64,000 nucleotides of DNA from Dehalococcoidia bacterium (GCA_034423175.1 DAOUJA010000042.1:16610-80609); one strand, 5' to 3'. Numbered from the stretch's first letter, positions 54,173 to 63,745 are shown. The notes: a model not told the origin generated them from the letters alone. Numbers and translations: made by a program.

Positions 54173-54382
54173 GGTGAAGAGGTCCCTCGTCGTTCCCGCG
54201 CTTCAGCCGCGGCGAGTGAGTGCCGTCCCCGGGGCGGACGGGTGGGAACAACCGCCCTTCGCTGAAGATGCGGGGCCTCACCCGCATACAAGACCGCCCG
54301 CGCAAGCGTACAATGAAAGTGAACGAGTAAGAGAAAGGGTGAAATCATTCTGCATAAACACTCCTACGGTTCAGAGTTCGAG

Positions 54383-54703
54383 TTGAAACAACTCCCGGAT
54401 GGCTGCGAGGAGACCTCCGTCGGCTGGCTGTTCGGGGCATCCCGACAGTGGCGCGGACCGGACGGCCTGCACGTCCGCCAGTATGGAGGACGCCTCCTCG
54501 CTCACCATGACCGCGTGGACCCCCGCCGCAACCTCGTCGGCCACTGGATAGCCGACGCCCCGTTCGAGTTGGCGCTTGGAAGCAGCGGCGTCGTTGGCAT
54601 GATCGCCAGCATCACGGTAAGCGCCGCTTCCACACTGGCGTGGATCGTTGCGGCGCTCGTCACAACCGTCTCGGCCAGCATCTTCGCGCGCACGCGCTAC
54701 TAG
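54383..54703 (+). CDS. hypothetical protein with C-terminal hydrophobic segment
   Basis: 106-aa ORF (TTG start) preceded by a 40% G+C patch (54301-54360: 24/60). No recognisable family. Confidence 0.3.
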   Translation: MKQLPDGCEETSVGWLFGASRQWRGPDGLHVRQYGGRLLAHHDRVDPRRNLVGHWIADAPFELALGSSGVVGMIASITVSAASTLAWIVAALVTTVSASIFARTRY

Positions 54704-54715
54704 CCCCGGCCTCCC

Positions 54716-56806
54716 CTACCGGCTGTAGCCTGAGTCGTTGGAGGGCGGGGGCGGAACGCTCCTGAGCAGCGATTCCAGCACGTAGGCGAAGTCCCTGAAC
54801 GCCGCCAAGCCCCCCAGGTCATCCTGCAGGCCGTCCACTAGTCCCTGCAGCGTCCACAGGTCGCGCCCGGCGTCGTACGGGTGCCCGGAGCCGTCCAGCG
54901 CGCCGTAGCGGTCCGCCGTCAGCGCAACGTACGCGCCGAACGCCAGCATCTGGTCCTGGTACACCGAGGCCACGCTTCCGCCGCTGACGATATCCGCGCC
55001 CTGACTCCAGCCCCGGCCGCTCCCAGGCTCCACCCACCGCAGCTCCACCTGCCCCAGCGCGCCCTCGCGTTGGAATTCGTCGTGCAGCTCCAGCTCGTAG
55101 AAGACGGTCGTGGCTGCCCCCGAGTAGACCTCGGCGAACTCCTTCCGGTCCTGCGTGAACGACTGCGCGGACGTGACGCGGTTCTCATAGCCGACGATGC
55201 GCCACGCCTTCACGGCTTCCCTGTTCCACACCACCTGCGCACGGGTCTGGTCGGCGACCGGCGAGGCGAGCGCCAGCCAGTTGTCGCGCCGGAACGTCGC
55301 GCGCGCCTGCTCCTCATCGAACAGGTAGCGGTACCAGCCGTTGCCGTGCTGCGCCAGCTGCTCCAGCAAGTGGTCGTTGTAGTTGGCGATGCCGACGCCC
55401 ACGGTGACAAGCCGCAGCGGGTTGGCGCCGTCCGGTGCGGAGGCGGCCTCCAGGATCCCGAACGGGTCGGTGGCGTCCACGTTCGCCACGCCGTCCGACA
55501 TGAGGATGACGTAGTTGAGGGCCTCGGGACGCTCCCGCCTCATGTAGTCGGCGTACTGCACGCCCAGGTCCAGCCCCGCCTGCACGTTGGTGCTGTTGTG
55601 CGGCGTGAGCGCGGCGATAGAGTCGACGACCGCGCGGTGGTCCGGCGACGCGTACTTCACCGTGTACTGGTGGAGCACGTCCGTGCTGAAGTGCACCACC
55701 GACATCAGGTCATCCGCATCGAGGCTGCGCCGGATCGCCTCTGCGGCCTCGCGGGCGATGGCTACGCGGTTGCCCTCGTTCATCGATCCGGACGCGTCCA
55801 GTACCAGCGTGACGTTGAGGGGGCCGTCCGTCACCACGTCCGGCGCCTTGAACGCCACGCGCGCCATGTACCTGCCGTCCTCCAGCGGATGGGCGATCAG
55901 GTCGGACGTGATGGCGAACCGGTCGCTGGCGGCGGGCGGCGCGTAGTTGTAGTCGAACGCATTCACCCACTCTTCCGCCCGCACCGACGCCGGGGCGACC
56001 GCGTAGCCTGCACGCGCCCAGTTCAGCGCGAGCTGGAACGACGTGCGGTCCGTGTCCAGGCTGAACGTGGACACGTTGTCCTCCCGCGCATCGGTCAGGG
56101 GTTGCCGTTCGTAGTCCTGGAACGTCGTCGCCCCCGGGTGATCGGATGCGCTCTCCTGCTTCCTCAGTCCCATTCCGCTCTCCGCTACCCATTGCACCCA
56201 TTGCGGCGTCGGTGCAGGCGTGCCATTCCCATCAGGGAGTTCAAGGAGTGTCCACCCCCCCTCCGGCGCCGGCGTTGCCGCGGGGCGCTCCTCCATCATC
56301 GCCTCCGGGGTCGGCGTCGGCGCCGCGCGGTATCGGTCGCCATCAACGCCGGCGGTGCCCGGTATGCCCAGGGCGCCCGGAGCACCGGGTGCGCCGTCCT
56401 GTTCCTCCTGCTCTTCCGAAGCCCGAGGCCCGGCGGAGTTTGCCATCATGGCCTCAGGCGTGGGTGTCGCTACTATGGGTACAACCGCAGTTCCCGGCTC
56501 TGCTTCCGCCATCCCAAGCACACCCCCGTTGCCGCCGGCGCCCACCGCGAACCACACCGAGCCGCCCGCGACCGCCACGACCGCTACCGCCGCCGTCGCG
56601 GCGAGCGCGGGCGCAAAGCGGAAGCCGTCCACGGGCGTGCCGACGTCGCGGAGCACCGCCCAGAGCGGCTTCGGGTCCTGGTCGCCAAGGCGGCTCTCCA
56701 TCTGCCCCCAGAGGTCGGGCGTGGGGGGAACGTTGGCCGCGCCGGAGGCGAAATGCTCCTCCAGCAGACGCTCCATGTCCCTTTCGTTCGCGTCGTTCCT
56801 GTTCAT
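54716..56806 (-). CDS. membrane-anchored anti-sigma-like protein fused to a von Willebrand factor A domain (YfbK-like VWA + C-terminal domain)
   Basis: ATG at 56806 overlaps the ECF sigma stop (ATGA). Short cytoplasmic N-terminus, one TM (AATAAVAVVAVAGGSVWFAV), PT-rich spacer with a repeated PTPEAMM. Then STFSLDTDRTSF..., the VWA MIDAS motif VLDASGSM, and a long YfbK-like C-terminal region. Confidence 0.7.
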   Translation of the reverse strand: MNRNDANERDMERLLEEHFASGAANVPPTPDLWGQMESRLGDQDPKPLWAVLRDVGTPVDGFRFAPALAATAAVAVVAVAGGSVWFAVGAGGNGGVLGMAEAEPGTAVVPIVATPTPEAMMANSAGPRASEEQEEQDGAPGAPGALGIPGTAGVDGDRYRAAPTPTPEAMMEERPAATPAPEGGWTLLELPDGNGTPAPTPQWVQWVAESGMGLRKQESASDHPGATTFQDYERQPLTDAREDNVSTFSLDTDRTSFQLALNWARAGYAVAPASVRAEEWVNAFDYNYAPPAASDRFAITSDLIAHPLEDGRYMARVAFKAPDVVTDGPLNVTLVLDASGSMNEGNRVAIAREAAEAIRRSLDADDLMSVVHFSTDVLHQYTVKYASPDHRAVVDSIAALTPHNSTNVQAGLDLGVQYADYMRRERPEALNYVILMSDGVANVDATDPFGILEAASAPDGANPLRLVTVGVGIANYNDHLLEQLAQHGNGWYRYLFDEEQARATFRRDNWLALASPVADQTRAQVVWNREAVKAWRIVGYENRVTSAQSFTQDRKEFAEVYSGAATTVFYELELHDEFQREGALGQVELRWVEPGSGRGWSQGADIVSGGSVASVYQDQMLAFGAYVALTADRYGALDGSGHPYDAGRDLWTLQGLVDGLQDDLGGLAAFRDFAYVLESLLRSVPPPPSNDSGYSR

Positions 56807-57354
56807 CGCTGTCCACCTGCCACTTCCTGCTCGTTGCTCAACCGCTGCCGCAACGCCTGGTGCGCCCGGAACAGGCGGGACTTCACCGTGCCCTCGTTCA
56901 GCCCTGCCGCCCGCGCCACCTCCTGCACCGACATCTCCGCGAAGTAGCGCAGCACAACGACCTGCCGGTGCTCCGGGCTGAGACCTTCGATAGCCTGCTG
57001 CAGCGTCTGCCGCTCCAGCCGGGACTCCAGCGCGTCCGCGGGGTCTTCCGCGTCGCCAGGCCAGTCGCCGCCCTCGATGGGCGTCGTGACGACGGCCCGT
57101 CTGCGCCGCTGGCTCATCACCGCGTTCACGACGATGCGCATGAGCCACGGCTTGAACGGGCGTCCCTTCCTGAAAGTGCGTATCCCCTTCCAGGCCGAGA
57201 GGAACGCCTCCTGCGCCAGCTCTTCTGCGATGGCGCGATTGCCCGTCATGTTGTAGGCCGTGCCGAAGACGACGCCCTGGTAGCGCTCCACGAGGTAGCG
57301 GAATGCGTCGCGGTCGCCGCCCTGGCAACGCTGAACGGCCTCGTTCTCGGTCAT
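56803..57354 (-). CDS. ECF (group IV) RNA polymerase sigma-70 factor
   Basis: Region 2 (FRYLVERYQGVVFGTAYNMTGN..AEELAQEAFLSAWK) and region 4 (VVVLRYFAEMSVQEVARAAGLNEGTVKSRLFRA). ATG at 57354. Confidence 0.85.
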   Translation of the reverse strand: MTENEAVQRCQGGDRDAFRYLVERYQGVVFGTAYNMTGNRAIAEELAQEAFLSAWKGIRTFRKGRPFKPWLMRIVVNAVMSQRRRRAVVTTPIEGGDWPGDAEDPADALESRLERQTLQQAIEGLSPEHRQVVVLRYFAEMSVQEVARAAGLNEGTVKSRLFRAHQALRQRLSNEQEVAGGQR

Positions 57355-57448
57355 GCCTGCTCCCTGGGTGCGGCTCATGGATCCCCTGTTGCGAGCGCGC
57401 TCTACCGGATACTATGCGCCGTCAGCCGAGAACGTTCCCTTGCGCCCG

Positions 57449-57988
57449 TCAGGGTGCGACATGGGGAGCGGCGAGCAGGAGCGAGGCGAGCGTCTTCGCG
57501 TCGTTCAGTTCGCCTGCGCGTGCCAGGCGCACCGCCTCGTCGAACGGCACGCGCTCGAGCGTGATGCGCTCGTCGTCGTCCGGCGCGAGCGGGTTGGGGA
57601 ACAGGCCCCGCGCAAGGAAGGAGTGCAGCCGCTCCGTCATGGAGCCCGGCGAGGCGAAGAAGCTGCCGAGCTCGATCAGTTCAGCGGCATCGAACCCGGT
57701 CTCCTCCCGCAACTCCCGCCGCGCGGCGTCCAGGGGCGGCTCGTCGCCCTCGATAACGCCTGCCGGCAGCTCCAGCAGCTCCCGGCCGGCGGCGTTCCGG
57801 TACTGGCGCACCAGCACCACGTCGCCGTTCTCGTCCAGCGGGAGGATGGCGACCGAGTCCGGGTGATAGAGCGTGTCGCGCACCGTCTCCGTGCCGTCCG
57901 GCAGGACCAACCGCTCGACGCGCAACGTCGAGCGGCGGCCAACCAGCTGACCGTTCACCGCAAGCACGCGCACCGCGTCATCAGCCAA
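57449..57988 (-). CDS. NUDIX hydrolase (ADP-ribose pyrophosphatase-like)
   Basis: Nudix box GVIEGDEPPLDAARRELREETGF. Start uncertain: the TTG at 57988 overlaps the nadK stop, and the upstream part of ORF 57449-58096 overlaps nadK. Confidence 0.75.
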   Translation of the reverse strand: MADDAVRVLAVNGQLVGRRSTLRVERLVLPDGTETVRDTLYHPDSVAILPLDENGDVVLVRQYRNAAGRELLELPAGVIEGDEPPLDAARRELREETGFDAAELIELGSFFASPGSMTERLHSFLARGLFPNPLAPDDDERITLERVPFDEAVRLARAGELNDAKTLASLLLAAPHVAP

Positions 57989-58868
57989 GGCGCGCCTCGT
58001 CCGCCGCCAGCCGCCGCGCGATGTGCACGGACTGCTCCGCGCCGCGCCGCAGCCGGTACACCAGTGTCTCGTAGAAGCGGTCCGGCGAGCCCGCACGCAG
58101 GAACCGCGCCCGGTAGGGGCTGCGCGTCACCGTCACCGTGTCGTCCTTGCTCATCGGCACGTCCACGAACCCGTCCGCCGTCATGATGGCGTCGTGGTCG
58201 CTCTTGATGGTCAGCTCCACCGAGGAGTCCTCCGGCACGACGACCGGCGCGTCGAGGTCGCCGTGCGTCGCAACGGGCACGATCACCATGTCGCCGGACG
58301 CGGGGTAGAGGATCGGCCCGCCTGCCGCCAGCGCGTACGCCGTGCTGCCGGTCGCGGTGGAGACGATGACGGCGTCGGCCTGGTACGTGGTGAGGTCGAC
58401 GCCGTTGACGGCGACGCCGATCTGCGTAAGGTGCGCGATACGCCCCCTGCCGACGACCACGTCGTTCAGTACGACGACCGGGGCAGTGAGGCCGTCCTCG
58501 GCGCTTGCGACCGCCTGCACCATGCGCCGCTCGTCCGTCCACGTGAAGCCGCCCTCCAGGTACTCCGGCACGAGCTCCAGCGCGTCCGCCGCCTCGATCT
58601 CGGTGAGGAAGCCGAGACGGCCCAGGTTGACGCCCAGCAGCGGAACGTCGGCCTCGGCGGCCATGCGGGCGGCCCGCAGCAGCGTGCCGTCGCCCCCGAC
58701 GGTGATGAGCGCGGTGGGCGCCAGCTCCGCCAGAGCGGCCTCGCCTCCGGCGGTGGAGAGCAGCGGCTGGCGCGTGCCGAGCGTTCTCGCCAACTCCTCG
58801 GCGAGCGGCTGCGCGCGCTCCGAGGCGATGTTATAGAGGATCGCTGTCCTGCTCGGGTCTATCTTCAC
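57981..58868 (-). CDS. nadK: NAD(+) kinase
   Basis: GGDGTLL motif, NLGRLGFL and overall PpnK layout. 295 aa. Confidence 0.9.
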   Translation of the reverse strand: MKIDPSRTAILYNIASERAQPLAEELARTLGTRQPLLSTAGGEAALAELAPTALITVGGDGTLLRAARMAAEADVPLLGVNLGRLGFLTEIEAADALELVPEYLEGGFTWTDERRMVQAVASAEDGLTAPVVVLNDVVVGRGRIAHLTQIGVAVNGVDLTTYQADAVIVSTATGSTAYALAAGGPILYPASGDMVIVPVATHGDLDAPVVVPEDSSVELTIKSDHDAIMTADGFVDVPMSKDDTVTVTRSPYRARFLRAGSPDRFYETLVYRLRRGAEQSVHIARRLAADEARLG

Positions 58869-59011
58869 GACGTACCTCGCCGGCCATTATACGGTGTGGT
58901 CCGCGGCTGCCCACATGGCCCGCGGGTTGTGTAGAATCGGCAATGCGCCCCCGTGCGGCTGCGCACCCCGTCCACCGAAGCGAAGAACCCTTGTACGTCC
59001 GGAGCGAAGAG

Positions 59012-59974
59012 ATGCGCCTCTACGAAGAGTTGAAGATTTTCAGCGGCAACTCCAACCCCGCTCTTGCAAATGAGATCGCCGACTACCTCGGGATGCCGCT
59101 CAGCGAACTGGAGGCGTTCAAGTTCAGTAACGACAACACGTTCGTCCGCATCAACGAGAACGTGCGTCAGCGCGACGTCTTCCTCGTGCAGTCGTTCTCC
59201 GTCCCGGTCAACGACCACGTGGTGGAGATGCTGATCATGATCGACGCCGCCAAGCGCGCGTCGGCCGGACGCATCACGGCCGTCATCCCCTACTACGGCT
59301 ATGGCCGGACCGACAAGAAAGACCAACCGCGGGTCCCCATCACGGCGCGGCTCATCGCCGACCTGCTCACCACTGCCGGGGCCGACCGCGTTCTCACGAT
59401 GGACCTGCACGCCGGGCAGATCCAGGGCTTCTTCAACATCCCCGTGGACGAGCTGACCGCGATGCCCATCATCGTCGACGAGTTCGAGGCGATGGGACTC
59501 GAGGACCCGGTCGTCGTGGCCGTGGACATCGGCATTTCGAAGCGGGCACGAGACATGGCGGAGGAGCTCGGCGCACCGCTCGCCATCATCGAGAAGCGCC
59601 GGATGGGGAACGAGGACAAGAGCGAGCTACTCAACATCATAGGCGACGTGGAAGGCAAGACCGCCATCCTCATGGACGACGAGGTCGACACGGGCGGCAC
59701 GATGGTAAATGCCGCGGTGGCCTTGGAGAACGCCGGGGTGCGGGCAGTCTACGCATCGTCAACCCACGCCGTGCTCTCCGGCGGCGCGGCGGGGCGACTG
59801 GACGGCAGCCCCATACGGCAATACGTCTGCACCAACAGCATCCCCATGCCTCCGGACAAGATGACCAACCACGTCAAGATCGTGTCCATCGCCCCGCTGC
59901 TCGGTGAAGCCATCCACCGCATCCACACCGGTACTTCCGTCGGCGCGATGTTCCAGAAACGGACCCATGCCTGA
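59012..59974 (+). CDS. prs: ribose-phosphate pyrophosphokinase
   Basis: LKIFSGNSNPALA start, DLHAGQIQGFF, and PRPP-binding DDEVDTGGT. Confidence 0.9.
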   Translation: MRLYEELKIFSGNSNPALANEIADYLGMPLSELEAFKFSNDNTFVRINENVRQRDVFLVQSFSVPVNDHVVEMLIMIDAAKRASAGRITAVIPYYGYGRTDKKDQPRVPITARLIADLLTTAGADRVLTMDLHAGQIQGFFNIPVDELTAMPIIVDEFEAMGLEDPVVVAVDIGISKRARDMAEELGAPLAIIEKRRMGNEDKSELLNIIGDVEGKTAILMDDEVDTGGTMVNAAVALENAGVRAVYASSTHAVLSGGAAGRLDGSPIRQYVCTNSIPMPPDKMTNHVKIVSIAPLLGEAIHRIHTGTSVGAMFQKRTHA

Positions 59975-60455
59975 CGACCGGGCATACGTACGCCACGACC
60001 TGGGCGTCTGTGCCTTCGTCGAGCCGGAGTCGGTCGGCCCGCCGGGGCGGCGCTTCTTCCGCCTGCGCGCCTCCGCCGAGAACGGCTCGGTCCTCCTCTG
60101 GATGGAGAAGGAGGAACTCCACGAGTTGGCCCTGACCATCAAGCGCCTCCTCCGCACCGCCGTCCGCTTGACCGGCGAGCCGGTCACCTCCGCGAGCGCC
60201 GACGCCCGCACCGACTTCGACCAGAAGGTCTTCGCACTCTCGCTCGGCCACGACCGCTCGACCGGCCGCTACATGCTCCTGGCGCAGTGCTCCGAGCAGG
60301 AGGACGACGCCATCGCCCTCTGGATCGACCACGACGCGCTCGACTGGCTTGCCGACCGCGCCTTCGAGGTCTGCGACGCGGGGCGCCCGCGCTGCGCGCT
60401 CTGCGGCGGCGCGGCCCCGGACGGCGAGACCCACGCGTGCCCGCGCGCGAACTGA
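59967..60455 (+). CDS. DUF3090 family protein
   Basis: ATG at 59967 overlaps the prs stop by 8 nt. PGRRFFRLRA...LWMEKEEL and the C-terminal CALCGG...HACPRAN Cys/His cluster are typical of the DUF3090 (TIGR03847) family as I recall it. Confidence 0.65.
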   Translation: MPDDRAYVRHDLGVCAFVEPESVGPPGRRFFRLRASAENGSVLLWMEKEELHELALTIKRLLRTAVRLTGEPVTSASADARTDFDQKVFALSLGHDRSTGRYMLLAQCSEQEDDAIALWIDHDALDWLADRAFEVCDAGRPRCALCGGAAPDGETHACPRAN

Positions 60456-60458
60456 CCC

Positions 60459-61232
60459 ATGCCCCTGTACTCCCACTACCCCCACGCCGAGATAACGGCG
60501 GGGCGGCACGACGTGACCCCTTCTTCCCCGGACGCCGAGCGCTTCGTCCGTGAGGCAGTTGTCGGCGACGGCTGGCTTCACCCCTATGCGTCCAACTACA
60601 CGTTCGTGGTACAGCTCGCGCTCGACGAGCAGGAGGGCTTCGGCGTCTACAAGCCGCAGGCGGGCGAGCGCCCCCTGTGGGACTTCCCCACCGGCACGCT
60701 CGGCAATCGCGAGTGCGCGACGTATGAGTTCGCGCAGGCGCTCGGCTGGGGACTGACGCCCCCGACGGTGCTCCGCGACGGCGAGGCGGGCGAGGGCTCT
60801 CTCCAACTCTTCGTCCCGCACGACACCGAGTCCAACTTCTTCACCCTGCGCGACGACCACCCGGAGGAGTCGTTCCGCCTCGCCGTGTTCGACGTGCTCG
60901 CGAATAACGCGGACCGCAAGGGCGGGCACTGCTTCGTAGGGCCGGACGGACGCGTCTGGGCCGTCGACAACGGCCTGACGTTCCACGAGGAGCGCAAGCT
61001 CCGCACCGTGATCTGGGACTACTCCGGCGACCCGATACCGGACGCGCTGCTGGCCGACGTTGCCCGGGTCGGGGACGACCTCGACTCGGAGGGCCCCTGC
61101 ACCAGGGTGCTTGCCGCGCTGCTGGACGGCTCGGAGGTGGAGGCGCTGCGGGAGCGGATCCGGCGCCTGCTCGCTGACCCGGTCATGCCGTCCCCCCGCC
61201 ACCGCCGCGACCTTCCCTGGCCGTGGCTGTAA
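60459..61232 (+). CDS. SCO1664-family protein (PI3/PI4-kinase-like fold)
   Basis: Starts 3 nt after the DUF3090 stop. Kinase-like catalytic loop NNADRKGGH and VDNGLTF (DxG). The canonical partner of DUF3090 proteins, from memory of the TIGR03843/TIGR03847 descriptions. Confidence 0.65.
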   Translation: MPLYSHYPHAEITAGRHDVTPSSPDAERFVREAVVGDGWLHPYASNYTFVVQLALDEQEGFGVYKPQAGERPLWDFPTGTLGNRECATYEFAQALGWGLTPPTVLRDGEAGEGSLQLFVPHDTESNFFTLRDDHPEESFRLAVFDVLANNADRKGGHCFVGPDGRVWAVDNGLTFHEERKLRTVIWDYSGDPIPDALLADVARVGDDLDSEGPCTRVLAALLDGSEVEALRERIRRLLADPVMPSPRHRRDLPWPWL

Positions 61233-61257
61233 GGGGGGAGACCGAGGAACGGAGGTA

Positions 61258-61488
61258 TCAGGCGGGCAGGAACCTGGCGGCGGCGACTGCAAGCGAAGCG
61301 ATGACGGCCAGCCCCCCAAGGCCGCGCCAGATCAGGCGAGCCTCCATCTGTGCGATGCGGACAGTGAGCTCGGCGTGCTGGCGGGCGTTCTCTTCCTTGA
61401 ACGCGTCGAACTCCTTGCGGAACTCGGAGAAGTAGCGGGGTATCCACTCCCCGTCCTGCGGGGGCTGCGCGTCGGTTGACATGGCCAT
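61258..61488 (-). CDS. small coiled-coil, C-terminally membrane-anchored protein (76 aa)
   Basis: ATG at 61488 follows AGGAG. MAMSTDAQPPQ...EFRKEFDAFKEENARQHAELTVRIAQMEARL then LGGLAVIASLAVAAARFL. Same architecture as the 43877-44089 product. Confidence 0.4.
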   Translation of the reverse strand: MAMSTDAQPPQDGEWIPRYFSEFRKEFDAFKEENARQHAELTVRIAQMEARLIWRGLGGLAVIASLAVAAARFLPA

Positions 61489-61576
61489 CGCTCCTGTGTC
61501 AGCAGCATAGCACATCTGCACATGACTCGCGCAAGCACTTACTGCCCGCAATGTGCCACGTCTGCGGTTGGAGGGG

Positions 61577-62524
61577 CTACCCTCTCGGTGGGGCGGCGGG
61601 CGCCACGTCCGGCGGCGGGCCTTTGCCGAACGCGCGGGCGACGCGCTGCCGCAGCTGGCGGATGGGGTACGTCTTCGGCGAGACGCCGGACGTGATGATC
61701 TCCACCGTCTCCGGCCTCCCCAGCACGAGCGAGCCGCGCCAGCGGCGCAGTTCGCTCGGGCGCGGGCTCACCCCCGGCGAGACCGCGAACGTCTCGAAGG
61801 GCGCCCACTCCTTCCTGCGCGCGTTGCGCAGCATCACCGCGCCCCCGGCTTCCCGCACCGCGAGGCATCCTGTCGCGAGGTCCCACACCCACGGGCCGCT
61901 GAATACGGTGTAGTCGAACACGCCGCGAGCGGTCATCGCCATCTCGTAGCCCGCGCTGCCGGTGTTCCGCAGGTCGCCCATGCGGCGGCGCATGTTCCGG
62001 CGGGGCGTGAACATCCGCAGGAAGTAGCCGGGAACGGACGCCATGCGCCGGGGCGGGTCGGACGTCTCTATCATGAGGGGCTCGTCGTCCTGAAACGCCC
62101 CGCCCCCGCGCCGCGTGTGGATGACGCGTCCTTCCGTGCTGCCGATATGCGGGATGTAGATGGCTCCCGCAACCGGCACGCCGCGCTCCAGCGCGCACAC
62201 CATGCAGGCGAACATCGGCAGGCCGTGCAGGAAGTTCGTCGTCCCGTCGAGCGGGTCGACCACCCAGATGACCTCTTTGGGGTCGTCGCTCTCCGACTCC
62301 GTCTCCTCGGTGACCAGGCCGTGCTCCGGGAAGCGCCGGGACAGCTCTCCGCGGAGGTATTCGTCCGCGGCGTGGTCGGCGTCGGTGACGGGGTTGCGAT
62401 TGTTCGCGGACTTGTAGTCGATGCTCAGGGGTTGGTCGAAGTAACGGAGGAGGATGGCGCCTGCCCCGTGCACGATGTCGCACGCCTGCTGTTCCATCTC
62501 CTTGAGTTGAGCGTCGTCGAGCAT
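61577..62524 (-). CDS. inositol monophosphatase family protein
   Basis: VTDADHAADEYL, LVTEE and WVVDPLDGTTNF motifs. Confidence 0.8.
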   Translation of the reverse strand: MLDDAQLKEMEQQACDIVHGAGAILLRYFDQPLSIDYKSANNRNPVTDADHAADEYLRGELSRRFPEHGLVTEETESESDDPKEVIWVVDPLDGTTNFLHGLPMFACMVCALERGVPVAGAIYIPHIGSTEGRVIHTRRGGGAFQDDEPLMIETSDPPRRMASVPGYFLRMFTPRRNMRRRMGDLRNTGSAGYEMAMTARGVFDYTVFSGPWVWDLATGCLAVREAGGAVMLRNARRKEWAPFETFAVSPGVSPRPSELRRWRGSLVLGRPETVEIITSGVSPKTYPIRQLRQRVARAFGKGPPPDVAPAAPPRG

Positions 62525-62647
62525 GCCGCCTGCGCGCGCCCGGAGAGAGGCGCGGATGAGATTGTCCCCACGGCGTCTGCACCGCCCGGGGAGCGGTTAT
62601 TGTACACGCGCCCTGCCGGCCCGGCTGCGTTGGTATACTCAGGCGGC

Positions 62648-63745
62648 ATGGCAGACCCAACCGGCAAGCGCGAACACAACGTCGTCATCATCCCCGGCGA
62701 CGGCATAGGCCCCGAATTGACGGACGCGGCCCTGACCGTGCTCCGGGCGGTGGAGGAGACGGCGGGCGGCTTCCACCTGCGGTTGGACATCCATCGAGGC
62801 GGCGCGGCCCTCTACCGCGAGACGGGCGCGAACCTCTCCGCAGAGTCGATCGCAGCCGTCCGGGCGGCTGACGCGACGATGAAAGGGCCTGTCGGGTTGC
62901 CGGAGGTCCGCCTCCCTGACGGCACGGAGGCCGGCGTACTCGGCGGCGTGCTCCGCACCGGGCTGGACGTCTACGCGAACGTGCGGCCCATACGCCTGCT
63001 CCCCGGAGCTGAGGCGCCCATCAAGGCGGAGCCGGGCGAGGTGGACTACGTGATCGTCCGGGAGAACACGGAGGGCCTCTACCTCTCGCGCGGCAAAGGC
63101 GTCCAGACCAACGATGCCGCCGCGGACACGCTCCTGATCACGCGCAAGGGAACGGAGCGCGTCGTCCGCCGGGCGTTCGAGATCGCGCGGCAGCGGAACG
63201 GCGCACCGTCGGACGGCGTCCGGCGCGTGACGTGTGTGGACAAGGCCAACGTGTTGCCGTCCATGGCATTCTTCCGGCGGGTATTCGACGAGGTGGCGGA
63301 GGAGTTCCCGGACGTAGGCAGCGAGCACGTATACGCCGACGCCGCGGCGCAGGCGCTGGTCGTGCGCCCGCAGCACTTCGACGTGCTGGTCATGGAGAAC
63401 TTCCTGGGCGACATCCTCAGCGACCTCGGCGGCGGCACGGTCGGGGGCATCGGCCTCTGCCCGTCCGGCAACATCGGCGACGAGCACGCGTACTTCGAAC
63501 CCATCCACGGCTCCGCACCCGACATCGCGGGGCAGGACAAGGCGAACCCCGTATCCCAGGTGCTCACGCTCGCGATGATGTTCGACTATCTCGGCGAGAG
63601 CGCTGCAGCCGGGCTGACGCGGCGCGCAGTGGAAGAGGCGCTGAAGAGCGGTTCCCTCGCCATTGGAAACTACGGCCAGCCCGTGGGCGGCACGCGCGCG
63701 GCGGGCGAGACGGTTGCGAAGGCTGCGCGAGCGCTCCATGTCTGA
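62648..63745 (+). CDS. isocitrate/isopropylmalate dehydrogenase family enzyme (LeuB / tartrate / homoisocitrate dehydrogenase-like)
   Basis: ATG at 62648. VVIIPGDGIGPE, VIVRENTEGLY, MENFLGDILSDL and HGSAPDIAGQ motifs. The long ORF 61553-63745 upstream part is antisense to the IMPase gene. Confidence 0.8.
   Translation: MADPTGKREHNVVIIPGDGIGPELTDAALTVLRAVEETAGGFHLRLDIHRGGAALYRETGANLSAESIAAVRAADATMKGPVGLPEVRLPDGTEAGVLGGVLRTGLDVYANVRPIRLLPGAEAPIKAEPGEVDYVIVRENTEGLYLSRGKGVQTNDAAADTLLITRKGTERVVRRAFEIARQRNGAPSDGVRRVTCVDKANVLPSMAFFRRVFDEVAEEFPDVGSEHVYADAAAQALVVRPQHFDVLVMENFLGDILSDLGGGTVGGIGLCPSGNIGDEHAYFEPIHGSAPDIAGQDKANPVSQVLTLAMMFDYLGESAAAGLTRRAVEEALKSGSLAIGNYGQPVGGTRAAGETVAKAARALHV

Noticed and set aside
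54716-57328. 870-aa ORF treated as one gene.
   Set aside because: The N-terminal 174 aa are an alternative frame of the ECF sigma gene. The real product starts at the ATG at 56806 (MNRNDANE), overlapping the sigma stop.
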